Source of the DNA: Rhizophagus irregularis
Taxonomy: Eukaryota
DNA length: 64,000 nt
Direction: 5' to 3'
NCBI RefSeq assembly: GCF_026210795.1
Contig: NC_089436.1
Span: 2,294,001-2,358,000 of the forward strand
Part shown: positions 14,600 through 26,959 of the stretch, one piece after another
Position numbering within the stretch: the stretch's first letter is position 1
Layout: every line of letters begins with the position of its first letter
The notes under the pieces: model-generated
The model's input: the letters and a program-made list of their open reading frames with translations, nothing else
Databases searched by the model: none
What the model was told of the DNA's origin: nothing
Translations under genes and position numbers: made by a program

Positions 14600-17144
14600 G
14601 AACAATTGTTTTCTGTACAATAGATTTTGGTATATTGTTCATCAAAAAGTAAAGTTGCCGGTTTTCATATGTTAATATATTGTGAACAACAGAATTTGCT
14701 TTATTTCCACCTCCCATTGTTGTTGCACCAAAAAATACCCAAACCTATAAACCCATATTAAATTGTAAACGTATATAGTAAGTTGTAATAATTAACAATT
14801 AATTACTTACATGCATATGGTTTTTTTTCTCAAGACTGGAAGTAGAAAAATGTTTGAATTGTAAATTTTTACTCTTCAAAATACGAAAAAATTGAGGAAT
14901 ATAATGTGCAAATATATGCATGTAAGGAGTAATATCAGTTGGATTGAACATTCCTTTTTTTTTTTATTAGCACTATTTGATTTTCCAATAGTTGGCTCAC
15001 AAAATTTTAAGATCCAACTTTTAGCTGCTTGTTCAAATGAATCGATCTCTTCTTCAGTAATATGATCTTGACGTAAAAATAAATATAAACGTAAAAATTC
15101 ATGCCATAAAAATTCCATTTTCCTACCATGATCACCAGAAACAGATCTAGTTACTTCAAAATTCTTTAGTACATTTAATTTTTCAACGCCATTTAAAGTA
15201 GTCCAGTCGTATTTACCTTTTGTTTTTGATTCATAAAATTGAAAATGAGTTATTCCAATACGATGCATTTCTTGTTCAATTAAAGTTGATGTACTTTTTT
15301 TAAATTGGTTTATGTCCTCCATAAGTTGATAGAAAAAGCATCCAAGTAAAACATCAGTAATTCGTAACATCACATGCAACTCATCAGGAATCCAATTTCC
15401 AGTTTTAATCATAGGAAATAAGCATGGATTTGCATGTCCTAATAATAAAATTTAACCAAATAATATAATATACATTTTTGAAATGATATTATTATTTACC
15501 TTTATTATTTCCAGTAATACTCCAAGAATGATTCATATCAGCACGCAATTCTTTTGAACACTCACAATATAAACAAAAAAAATTGGAATTTGCAGCTTTA
15601 ATTCCATAATTAACGCCATAAATTTCCAATCTCCAGAAAAAAATAACTCAACCGGCCAAATAATATTCTCACAATCCATATACCCATCTTTTATTTCATC
15701 TAACTCATTAATAAATTGAGATACAATGTATAACAGGATACTTAAAGAAATTTAAACGTAAATATTTAATTAATATAATTAATCATGAACTCACCAATAT
15801 TGCTTACTTGGTTTTAAAACTTCATCTTTTTCATTTAATAAACATACCGTAAACATTACATGTGAGTATTGATGAGTTACAATATGTCCATCTGTATCCC
15901 CAGGAGTCAAAATAGATGAAGAACCTTTTTTCCATATAGGAACTAAGATATCTAGAAGGGCTTTAATAGATCAAAAAGAACACAATCCATCTTGATTATT
16001 ATTACCACTATTACTAGAAGAACCAAGATCTTCTATATTATCATTTTCTCTTTCTTTACGTTTTTTTGATTGATTTGAAGGTGATGAAGGGATTTTAATA
16101 ATATAATCATATATAGGGATTAGAGAATTCATAACTTCATTAATATAATGTTTTCGCCCTTCAATACGATATTCTCTTTCAATTCTTGGATCAACCATTG
16201 CAAGACGTCGATATCCATCACGTGAAATCAAGCACTCATCAATTGCTCTTAGTATAGCATCACAATGAACCATAAAATCCAAATTATTATGAGATCGAAA
16301 ATCAATAACTACTACTTCTCCACCAATTTCAAGTTCAATTAACCTTAATTGACTATTATTAATGTTATTATTTTTCAAAATAATGCTTGATTGAGTTTTA
16401 AAATCCTTAGCTAGTAAATTTAAACGTCTATTCTGCTGTGATGTAGAAATTTCGGTATATGGACGTTTCCTATTTATAATAGGAGTATTTGTAATATTTT
16501 CTCTTGCTTCATAAGCAAGGTATGTTAAAGCCAAACAATAAAACTCCTGAAACTTTTGAGTTTGCTTTCATTCCAATAATCTGATTTTATCAATAAAAAT
16601 AACAATAGTTAAAATTTTTTTTATTAAATATTGGACAAATTACAAAAATACAAAATCTAAAAAATCAAAGCTTCTAATTTCAGTTTAAAATAACAATCAC
16701 CTTATAAAAATCATTTGCCACACCTGAAGATGATCGAGTATTTGAAATAATTTTAGATACGTTGTTATTATCTTTCCATTCAATTGAATATTTGATTTTT
16801 CCATTAGGCAAATAATTAGATTCACAGATAATTTGAAATCCTCCCAAAATTGTCTCTACTTTATATGCATTTGGAATTTTATAGACAACAGAATTCTTTT
16901 TACCACGCTGTGTATACTTAACGTTTGAAGGATATTCCCCCAATGATAAAATGTTGTAACTTCTTTCATGTCGTTTTCCATTAACCTCATAATAAATTAT
17001 TGTAATAAAAGAACTAGTTGGATAGTTACAAATAAAAATAGGTTCGTTATAATTTGGTGATTCAAATTCCTGATCGCTAATCCCTAAAAATAAATAAATT
17101 GCATATAAATTCACATAATCGCAAATAATTACTAAATTAATCAA
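14600..17144 (-). pseudogene. RAG1/Transib-like DDE transposase, multi-exon, decayed
   Basis: DGHIV..HVMFT, FFSGDWKF, FCLYC, DELHVMLRI, TPYMHIFAH, FSTSSLEKKNH in RAG1 core order. Confidence 0.75.
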
Positions 17145-18358
17145 AATAATTAATAATATAATCTTTTGTCTAATATTTATTATTTAAGTTATCTTCTTCA
17201 TTATAACTTCATAACTTATTAAAATAAAATGCGTACAACTTTAATTCTTATATAATAAAATACTAATAGACTTATTATTTCGTTATCTAATATTATACAT
17301 AAATAATATAATAATAATATAATAGAAATACTACCTGTTCAAGCCGTTTTTGATTTTCTTCCATATTCAAACTTAAGTGCTCATATTAAAGGTCGGAAAT
17401 TTTGCAATTTTGCTTTTACTACACATTAAAATAACTTTTATTTAGTATAAAGTTTGCTGTCACGTGTACCTAAAACCAATTCCCAACCAATTCCCGCCTC
17501 AATAATTGATATTAGAGAGAGTCTAAATCTTCACGTTCTAATTTGCCAATCATAATTTATTTGTTATTTTGTTACACAAAATTACATATATACTTCTATA
17601 ATATCACATGTTTATTACTTAATGAAATACGTCAAATCTGCCCATATGCAATTTTTGAAAATACTAATAAATTTTCTTGAAATTTTTGCTTGAAAATTTC
17701 TAAGTGCTCGTTAAATAAATTAATATTTCCCTAGTTGCTTTCCTCTTTACTGAGCTTTATACTATATATTTTACCGCCACCACATCCTGAAGTTTTGGCT
17801 TCTTCTGGAGATCGCCCGTTATCTCCTAATAACGCTTCTGACATGCCAAATAAACTAACACGTAATGTCTCTGCTGATGATATGAACGTTGACATAACTT
17901 CTCCCTCTGTTCCTGCCTCTGACCCTAAACCCAACGTTCCTTCTGATCTTCCTGTTAATAGAGTTCCTGTTATAACTTAACCTCTTCCTACTGACACGTC
18001 TTTAGAGTCTTCAATTCATGCCCATCCCCTTCCTGGTTCTACAAACCCTCCAAATAATGATAAGGGTAAATCTGTGGCCTTTGACGTATCTGTATGCCAA
18101 GCAACCTTTCCCTGATGGTGATGCTGCTGCTATCAAATCCTCTCCTTCCAGATTTTATGCTGCAGCATATCTTCATGACGCGCCTGTCACGTTCAAAGAA
18201 AAATTTACCACTAACTGCGCCATGTGTGATGAAGTGGACAGAGCTCTCTCCCGATATTCTTCTTATAGTTCGCGTGCTCATTGTAAAAAATCAGGAGACA
18301 ATAAAAGAATCCTTGTTTTCTTCTTTATTTAAGACGATCATTCCGCATGCGTCCAATC

Positions 18359-18761
18359 TATACATGTTGCCAAAATATTTCGGCTATTTCGCCCACATGA
18401 CAAACTCTTCAAAGCAAAATCATCTGATTTCATAGATCTGGCTGAAATTAGGTTTCAAATAGGTTAATCTGGGTCTGAAGAACCTATGAAAGAACTTTTG
18501 AGGAATTTCGACCAACTTACATAATTTCGGCAGGGCTCTGGAATTTCGGACAACCTATATTTAATATATGGCCAAAACTTTAAAGTCTGATTCGAAATTA
18601 TTACAGATTATGCCGAATTTTTCTGAAGTCTGCTAAAAGTTGCTGCAGATCTGGCCCAAATTATCTGAGGTTTAAAAAAATTTATTGATATATCTACAAG
18701 TAGCTATATTTTGGAGCCGAAATGCGGCCGAAATTGAAAAAAAGTTTCAGCAACATGTATA
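18359..18761. mobile_element. hAT-type MITE in LINE B ORF1
   Basis: TATACATGTTGC...GCAACATGTATA, 8-bp TSD GTCCAATC. Confidence 0.9.
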
Positions 18762-19857
18762 GTCCAATCCTCATGTGCCGATCTTCTCAATTTGGTCTTT
18801 ACCCCCTATTCACCTGCAGATGCGCGTCATAGTGATGAAGAAAAGTCTTTATTTGTCACTGATATCCCCCTTTTCCTTAATGAACTTCAAATCAGACAGG
18901 CTTTCTACCACTAGAAACCATTACTACAACGCCCATGTCCAATTCTCCAGTGCGGACCCTGTTGCACAATTTACTGATACTTGGGCGATTATTTGTCTTG
19001 GTAATTCCCTACACGTCTGTCCGGCATCTTATTCGAACCCCTAATACGATATCTGCAGGGAACATGTGACTTAGAAATCGCCTCACATGTCAATGCTAAA
19101 GCTATCAATATCCCTCTCTCATACAATTCCTACAAGCCCAAGCCTTATGCTTATTTGAATTTTTCATCGTTCGAAAGTTTTGAGGCCGCAAAGGAATTGA
19201 CAATTGCTTTTCGTAATAAAGGTTTGACCTGGCACTCTCCTGATGAAGCCAAAAATCTCTGTCATATTTGTGGAAGACATGGATACTCTCCTTCCAGATG
19301 TAGCCCTCGGCCCACTTGCAAAACAAATGACCGTTTGAATAAACTTTACACACAGTTCAATGCTGGGCCCAAACGTGGCTACCCTGACTCTTGGCAATCA
19401 CAATCTTCCTCTAGATCACGTTCACGGTTATGATTTAACTCACGCTCTTGTGGCCATACTTCCACTGAACATTCAAATAATTCCCACTTGCCTGCTTTTC
19501 TCGCATTGATACTGCGAACTCTCAAAATAATGCCCAAATTAATGCTCAAAATGGAGCCAATTCAGGTCACCCCTCTTCAACTTCCCTTAGCCCAAGCCCT
19601 CTTTACCTCCTAATGTCATAGAAGAATTAAAGATACAACTCAACGATATTGCTCAACAGCTCAAGAAAGTCAGTTGGATGGAATATTTTATCACGGATCA
19701 TGAATATTGTATTAGGAAACTTAAGTCAATGTTGAACTATGATGGCCCTCCTGATAATACTTCCCGACTTTTATCCAAACAATGCTGGTTGGGACAACTG
19801 TCATCAAAACATTAATAATAATAATAATTCTTTCTGTTTACCTGTACAGTCACGTCG

Positions 19858-21643
19858 AAACTCTTTCCTGAATACATTTTTTACAAATATTTCTGCGTAA
19901 TAATTTTTTTTAAAAAATAATCTCTTTATTAAATTTTATTACATAAATATAAAAATGTCTATGGATAAGAGCCAAACACCAAACGAAGCAGCTTTAGACT
20001 TCGTTTCCAAGTTTAACGAAATTTATTTTCAATCCTTTACACACCACTTAAGTTCTTTTGTACAGGACGTTTCCTCAAGGACTTATTTGAAAAAAACCCC
20101 TCAGTACCTAAGGATAAAGCCCAGTTACTGATACAGAAATTTGGCGAGACAGCCAACCCTGCGAACTTCACTTCACAAGCCCAAGCTACGAATATACAAC
20201 CCACCACCCTTTCGCTAATATTTTCTATAGCGCTATATGCTGCGTCCAGGTCTTGGGATAATTTTTCCGCCCAATTATTTTGCGAATTTGGCGATATGGG
20301 TGATGATGATGATGACGACGAAGATGAATCTCAGAATACTGATGATTATCTGATAAATATGTCACCTTTGCTACTTGATGAAGATGATTTAGTAATGACT
20401 CTGTTGATCAAACTGTAATACCTGAAAACTCCCGGAAGAAAGATAAACAAAAGGCGCGTGTTACAGCTGATAAACAAATTACGAACCAATCAACGAAGGC
20501 AAAACCTGATGTGAAAACATCAGCCAAAAATTCCCATAAGGGAAAGAAATCATCCGAACCAGAAGCTACACAGATACTGACAGGATACGAAACTGTTGGA
20601 GAGGAGCATGAGCGAATCTGAGACATAATAGTTTACGATATCCCGTATACCTGGGACCTGCAGAAAATTATAGCAGAGTTAAAACTATGATCAAGTGTTC
20701 AGTTAAACGCCAGCACAAGTATCAGACTCTTAGAGTCAAGATAGCACTTTCCTCCTTTAGCCTTCCCCAGTTTAATAAATATTGGACGACAGACCTGGGA
20801 GGTATACCTGTTAGATGGTTCCCTGCGAGTTGGACTTTACGAGAAAGAAAACAACGTGAAAAGCTCCAAGCCATTATTCATGACATTCCGGAGGATATGA
20901 CAATGGCTACCTTGTGGATGGACCATAAACCATGTGAATTTTTAATGAAGTGTGGTGCTAGCTCATTTAAAATAATTCAAACAAGTAAAGGAATATGCCA
21001 CAGTTTTTCGTACCTAATGGTAAGGAGTTGAAATGGTGTCGGCACTCCATTCCTACCTTGAAGAAAGCACAATGTAAACCGAAGGCTAAAAATACACTAA
21101 ATACGAAAAATTCAGGTAAGTCTGACAAGAATTTAGACAGTAATCAGCCTAAGAAGAAGGATAAACCTGCATCCTCAAACAAAGTCTAAAAATAATAACC
21201 AGGAGGAGAAATACCCGAATACTCAGAAGAAGGCAAAGAAATCCTCAAAGAAAAAGGGTAATAATAAAGATAACAAGGCGGTTTTAGCAGAAATTTTAAC
21301 TTTATTACAGAAACTAGTTTAGCCTATGCTTTAATTAGCGGTTTTACGAATTTCAGAATTGTATTATTTTTAGGATAGAACATGTTTATGTGTTGTACCA
21401 CAATTTCTTGGATAGAGGACTTGTCCTCTCCACTTTTTTTCCCTCTCCTTTTTTTTACCCAGTGTGTTCGCCTGGACTGTTATTGGACGTGGTAGTAGTG
21501 CAGGTCCTTTTTTTTTCAAGAAGTTCGGGTTGGCTTCCAGCTTCTCTGGTTGTCGATAGTAGATCTTAGTTAGGTTGTACTATATAGTCATGCCTTTGTA
21601 TATTTCTCTGCCGACTTCACATAAAATAAATAAAAATAAATAA
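19858..21643 (+). mobile_element. ORF1-only non-autonomous retroelement, copy 1
   Basis: 18-bp TSD ACCTGTACAGTC(AC/GT)GTCG at 19840-19857 and 21644-21661; TAAA-type tail; single decayed ORF 19955-21322; highly similar to 26960-28882. Confidence 0.85.
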
Positions 21644-21650
21644 ACCTGTA

Positions 21651-22853
21651 CAGTCGTGTCGGAAAGTATTGCCCGATTTAAAAATAATGTTAAAGTCGGC
21701 AAAACTTTATTAATTCTCATTAAAATTTACATAAAAAAATAACTTTTAAAATGGCTAATAATGTGCAACAACATCTTCAAAAACGGAGCAGTCCAAATTT
21801 TCCCATTCTTCACTTAGTGTGGCTTTAAGTTCACCTACAGTTCTAGGAAAGACCTCCTGACTCTGGATATTGTCTTTTAACTGCTTTCAAATGTTCTCTA
21901 TCGGATTTAAATCAGGGAATTGGCCGGCCAATCAATAATCGTAATTTTATTTTTCTTTAACCAATCTTTAGTTATTTTTGCGGTATGAATGGGTGCATTA
22001 TGTTGTTGAAAAGTTGCAGCCCTTCCTGTTAATTCGCAAACTGTATGATTAAATGGATGGAGATGTTTTTTTAAGATTCTAACATATGTATTTGAATTAA
22101 TTTTTTCATTTCCTTCCTTATTTTCATCACAAAAAATCAATGGTCCTTTTATCCCTCTCGCAAAACATCTCTAAACCATAACTGATTTTTGACCACTTTT
22201 AAAGATAGGTGTCAAACATTCAGTGCCCCTGTATGCCTCCAAACTCTTATTTGTCGTGACTGCTTTCCAATCTCAATACTTAATTCATCAGAGAAAATAA
22301 CTTGTGCCCAATCACGAGCTGTTTTTTCACACCAACTAATACGAGCTGATGCATGCCTTTTTGATATAAAAGGCTTTTTTGTGGCAACATGGGAATGAAT
22401 TCCAACATCATATAATGTCTGTTTAGCAGTTGTTAGACTACAACTCAACTTCAATTTATTAATAACTTCATGTAAAGTATACGTCAATTTTTAGTAACTT
22501 CATTAATGAGTGCATTTTTTTCATTATCATTGAGAGCAGATTGCTGTCCTGAACACGGTAAATTTTCAGTTTTTCCAGTCTTCTTGTATTTGTCAATAAA
22601 CCTGCGTATTGTGATAGGGTCATGTCCCATTTTTCTTGCTATTTGTGCAGAATTGAAATTTTCCATATACACTAGTATTTTTCCCTTCTCTTGAAGAGAT
22701 AACTCAGTGTAATGTGACATTATTTTTTTAACTGTGAAACGGGTTCAACAAGTTGTAAATTTATGGGAAAACAAAAAAAAAATAATAAAAAAGGGTATAA
22801 TTAATGTAAACTAGGTGTATCATTACACAATACAAAATCGGGCAATACTTTCC
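21651..22853 (-). mobile_element. Tc1 element, decayed, right TIR truncated
   Basis: TA+CAGTCGTGTCGGAAAGTATTGCCCGATTT; partial inverted copy at 22835-22853; transposase VIFSDE, FQQHNAPIH, WPANS. Confidence 0.9.
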
Positions 22854-22889
22854 CTTTCCAGTCGACACGCTCCTTTACCTAATCATGTC

Positions 22890-23661
22890 AGCATAGCGAA
22901 CATGCTTTTATCACTTTGCTGATCATTCATCGATATCATGTCACATTAATTTTGAAGCTATGGTTAAAGCCATAAAATTCTTAGCCAAACTATACTAATG
23001 TCTTTTTAGTAGTATAATTTATGAAAAATAAAAAAAATTATATTGTTAAAGTTAACCTTAAACTGAAATTTTCAATAATTTAATATTTGCCTATATTTGC
23101 TGATCATCTGCTAATTTGACTTTGGAGCTTCGGGCGAAGCCACAGATTTACAGGCGAAATTTGAAATTTTCAAAATATATTATTTAGGTATTCAAGAATC
23201 AATAGCCAAAATAATCATGTAGAATTTTAGGTAATCAAAAGTTATCATTGAGCAAATGTTTATGAATATTATTAAAATACACATATGGGGATAAGCACAG
23301 CAAAACAAGGGGATAGCCTCAAAAAAAAATTTCTTAAGTTTATATGATAATTATGTTCCAATTTATCCAAAAATTACAGTTGTAATGAAGTCTCAAAAAA
23401 AAATTTTTAAATCCTATCCCCTTGTTTTGCTGTGCGTGTCCCCACCCCATATAGACAAAATTTGTAAAACTTTATTAACTGTTTAAAGAATTTTTTTGAT
23501 AAATTTAATATGCAGTAAATTTAAATGAATGTTAAATTGTCTGTAAAATTATTATTATGTAGGATTTTCAACCAAAGTAATTATAACGAAGTGATAAAAT
23601 TGAATAAATGATCGACAAATGATTGATAAAATTGTGATAAAGTAAAGATGTCCGCTATGCT
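22890..23661. mobile_element. Non-autonomous DNA transposon with 9-bp TSD (ends resemble the 43623 element)
   Basis: AGCATAGCG(A/G)ACAT TIRs; TSD AATCATGTC at 22881-22889 and 23662-23670. Confidence 0.9.
23282..23454. mobile_element. CATATG-family MITE (fold-back)
   Basis: CATATGGGG..GCACAGCAAAACAAGGGGATAG inverted at the right end (...CCCCATATAG); flanked by A on both sides. Confidence 0.75.
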
Positions 23662-26600
23662 AATCATGTCAACCTTGGCGGCTTTCCTAATGATTCAATA
23701 AGATTGCGTCAAGAAATCTCCTTGGTCTCCAATACTCAACAAAATCTTTCCAATCAATTAGGATCCATTCTTGAAAAATTAGTCTTTTTCTTTTCCGAAT
23801 CCACCTTCCCTTTTAAATGATTGACACACCCTCCTAACTGTGTGCGTGATATAAATTCTTCACTTTCCTTTTCCTCTACTCAAATTTTTGATACTTCCCC
23901 TGAGCAGTTTAGTCGTGAACTTAATTCCTCTAATATTTTACGTATCGGTACCTTAATGTTCGGTCTATAGTTAACTCTACCAAACAATTGAATTTATTTT
24001 CTTTACTTTTTTCTCATTAACTTCACGGATTAATTTTTACTGATACCAATTTACGGTTACCCGCTCACAAATACGTGTGTGAACCTTATCTTTCTCAATA
24101 TAATTACCATAAATGGTTTTTTCATTTTCACCTTCCGTCAACCATCATGCAGGCATTGGCATAATTCTTCATTCTAGTTTAGCCATGTATGTAATTAGAA
24201 AACAGTTTTATAAAGACTGGTTGTTATCCTTTTTTCTTCAGCTACCTGGTCGACAAGATATTTTCATTATTGGCAATAATAAATCAATCTCTGAATGTCA
24301 CTCCACTCTTGTCTCCTGTATTACTGCAGCGTGCTCTGCTGGTGCTCACGTTTTACTAGGCGGTGACCTGAATGCTGAATTTGACTGTTACCTTAAAAAC
24401 CTTTCTAATCCGACTATTTCATCTTCTACTCATCCTTTGTTTCGCTATTTACATTTGCACCAATTTGAAGATTTGTGTGCTTTTGATTCCTTATCCCCCT
24501 ACTTACATTTAGATCTTCGAGTTCTAAACATCTATCTCGTCTGAATTATCTTTGGACTTCCCCTGCTTTTCCTGCTGCTTATTTATGGTCTCACGTCCTA
24601 GATTCTTCAGATACCTTTAGTACTAATCACTTTTTATTGATCGCTTTCTTTGATTTTCTTACTATTCAAGATCTACATGCTTAAAGCAGCGTTCATGCTA
24701 CCGAATTAAATATAATGTCCATGCTACCCTTCTTGATCAAAAAATTCTTTTCACTGCTAAAGTGGATTCTGGTCTTAAGAAACTAGCATACTCTAATGGT
24801 GATGGACATCTTAATAAAGACTGGCACCGATTGAAATCTGCCTTACTCAATACCGCTCATTGTGCTTTTCCGAAATGAGTAATTTCTTTAAACAAACCCA
24901 AACAGTTCCATTTGAACTTAGACCTTTTATTCATCTTAGTCACAAATTGGATCATTATATTAGTTCACTTTTAAAGTTTTTTCAATTTCCAATCTTTATA
25001 ATTCTTGGAATCAATTTTTCCCTTCTTTTTGTAGAGAATTTATTGATTTGTTTCCTGATCAAACTGCTCTTATTGATGCCTTTCCTTTGCCCACAACGCT
25101 TTATTCGGTTTATCTATCTTCCTAATGAAATTTTGTATAACTTTACGAACCGTTAAAAGGTTTATTTCTGGAAAAGTCACCTTAAAATTTGACAATCATA
25201 AGCAAGCCGCTATGAAAGCTGCTATTGCTGAACGGAATTCTAACTTTATGAAGACAAAGAAAATTTATTCAAAGCTCTTTGAATCGTGAAAAATGAAGTA
25301 TTGAGTACTTATTACTGATATTCCTGGTAATCCTCAATTGTTGATTGCACCGGATGATATTCATAAGGCTGCCATTAGGCACTTTCAAGATGTGGTTGGT
25401 CCTAGTAGATCTCCATTCAAAACTCTTGAAAATCTTCCTGATCGATGGAAAAGTCATTATATTCTTCTCACTTCAATTGACTCAGATATATACCTAATGG
25501 TTATGGCACCTATTACTGAAGATGAACTTCGGGCTGTTATTAATATTTCTCTGCACCACAAGGCTCCTGGTCCATCTTGTATACCTTATGAATGGTTCAG
25601 ATTATTATCTCCTGAGGGACTCCTTTACTTGTGCAAACTGATGAATTCCTGTTTGGCGTCTTCAGATATTCCCAAGGATTGGTGCCTGGCTTCTATTGTA
25701 CCCATTCCTAAACCTCATGAGTTCGAATGTTTATTGAATAATACCTGCCCAATCACCTTATTGGAAACTGCTCAAAAACTTTTAGTTAAAATCGTCACTG
25801 ATCGCCTTTCTCAAGTAATGGCTAAATACCAAGTGCTTACTGGCGATAATTTTGCTGGACTTCCTGGTTCATCTGTTAACACTCCTATTAATATACTTAA
25901 TGGCATTATGAAAAGTCATCGTGTTTCCCAACTCCCTCAAGAATTGTGGATTTTAAGTCAAGATATTTCCAAAGTGTTCGATTCTATAGATCGATTAAAA
26001 TTTCCTCTAATCTTTCTGACTTTATAGTAAGCCTGTTTACCTCTAGAAAGAATAGAATCTTAACCCCCTTTGGAAAAACTGAACTATACAACCTCTTGAT
26101 TGGTATTGATCAAGGCAAGGTTATTTCCCCACTCCTTTGGACCATTTATTTTGATCTTCTTTTAACTGAATTATCATCATCAGCAATTTCCTCTTATATA
26201 TGGAGTTCCGGTATTCCTGCAGATATTCTTGACATTAACAATAATGAAGATGTTGCCGTACCCATTACTCAACTTACTTATATGGATGATTTCACTTTGA
26301 TTGCCTCTTCTTTATCGGGCTTAAAACAGTTACTCCCCATAGCCCGTGATTTCTATTTTTTAAATAATATTACAGCAAATTTCTCAAAATATAAGTTGGT
26401 TTCCTCCTCAGCTGGCAATAATCTGATTACATTTCAATTGGATTTCGAAATTCTGGATTATCTTTCTTCAATGAGCTTTTCATTACAGACTCTGAAATTA
26501 TCTTCATCTTTTCGATTTTTGGGTGTTTGGTTTAACTTGCAAGGATCCCCTAACTTTGTTCTTTCACAACTCAAAGACATTTATTCTTCTTTTGTCACAT

Positions 26601-26959
26601 CTGTACGGTTCAAGAAATTATCACCTGCTCAATTGGCATATCTTCACTCTTTGGTTATTTTACCGAAAGTTCAATTCCATTTTCAAGTATTATACTTGTC
26701 AGAAATACAGATTATGCGAATTACCAATGGATATTATGGTCTTCAATGCAAAGCTCTTTCTGTGGCTCATACTTTTCCATTGATAGCCTTAATTAGTAGA
26801 TTTTTCAGTAAAGATGTTAATCCTTATGACTCCCTGTGTAAACGACTTATATGTCATTTTCTATCTTGGATTTCATTGTTATCCACTACTCCAAACAGGC
26901 AAATTAGGTCCTTATTATGCTACGAACTTTGCAGCTTACCTTAAAGTGGCCTACTTCTC

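Larger units (their letters stand above)
13660..17648. mobile_element. CATATG-terminus two-gene DNA transposon, copy 1
   Basis: Imperfect TIRs CATATGGGCTAATCGGACGCATT / CATATGGGCAGATTTGACGTATT, flanked by C on both sides; inserted in the 5' UTR of LINE B. Confidence 0.85.
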
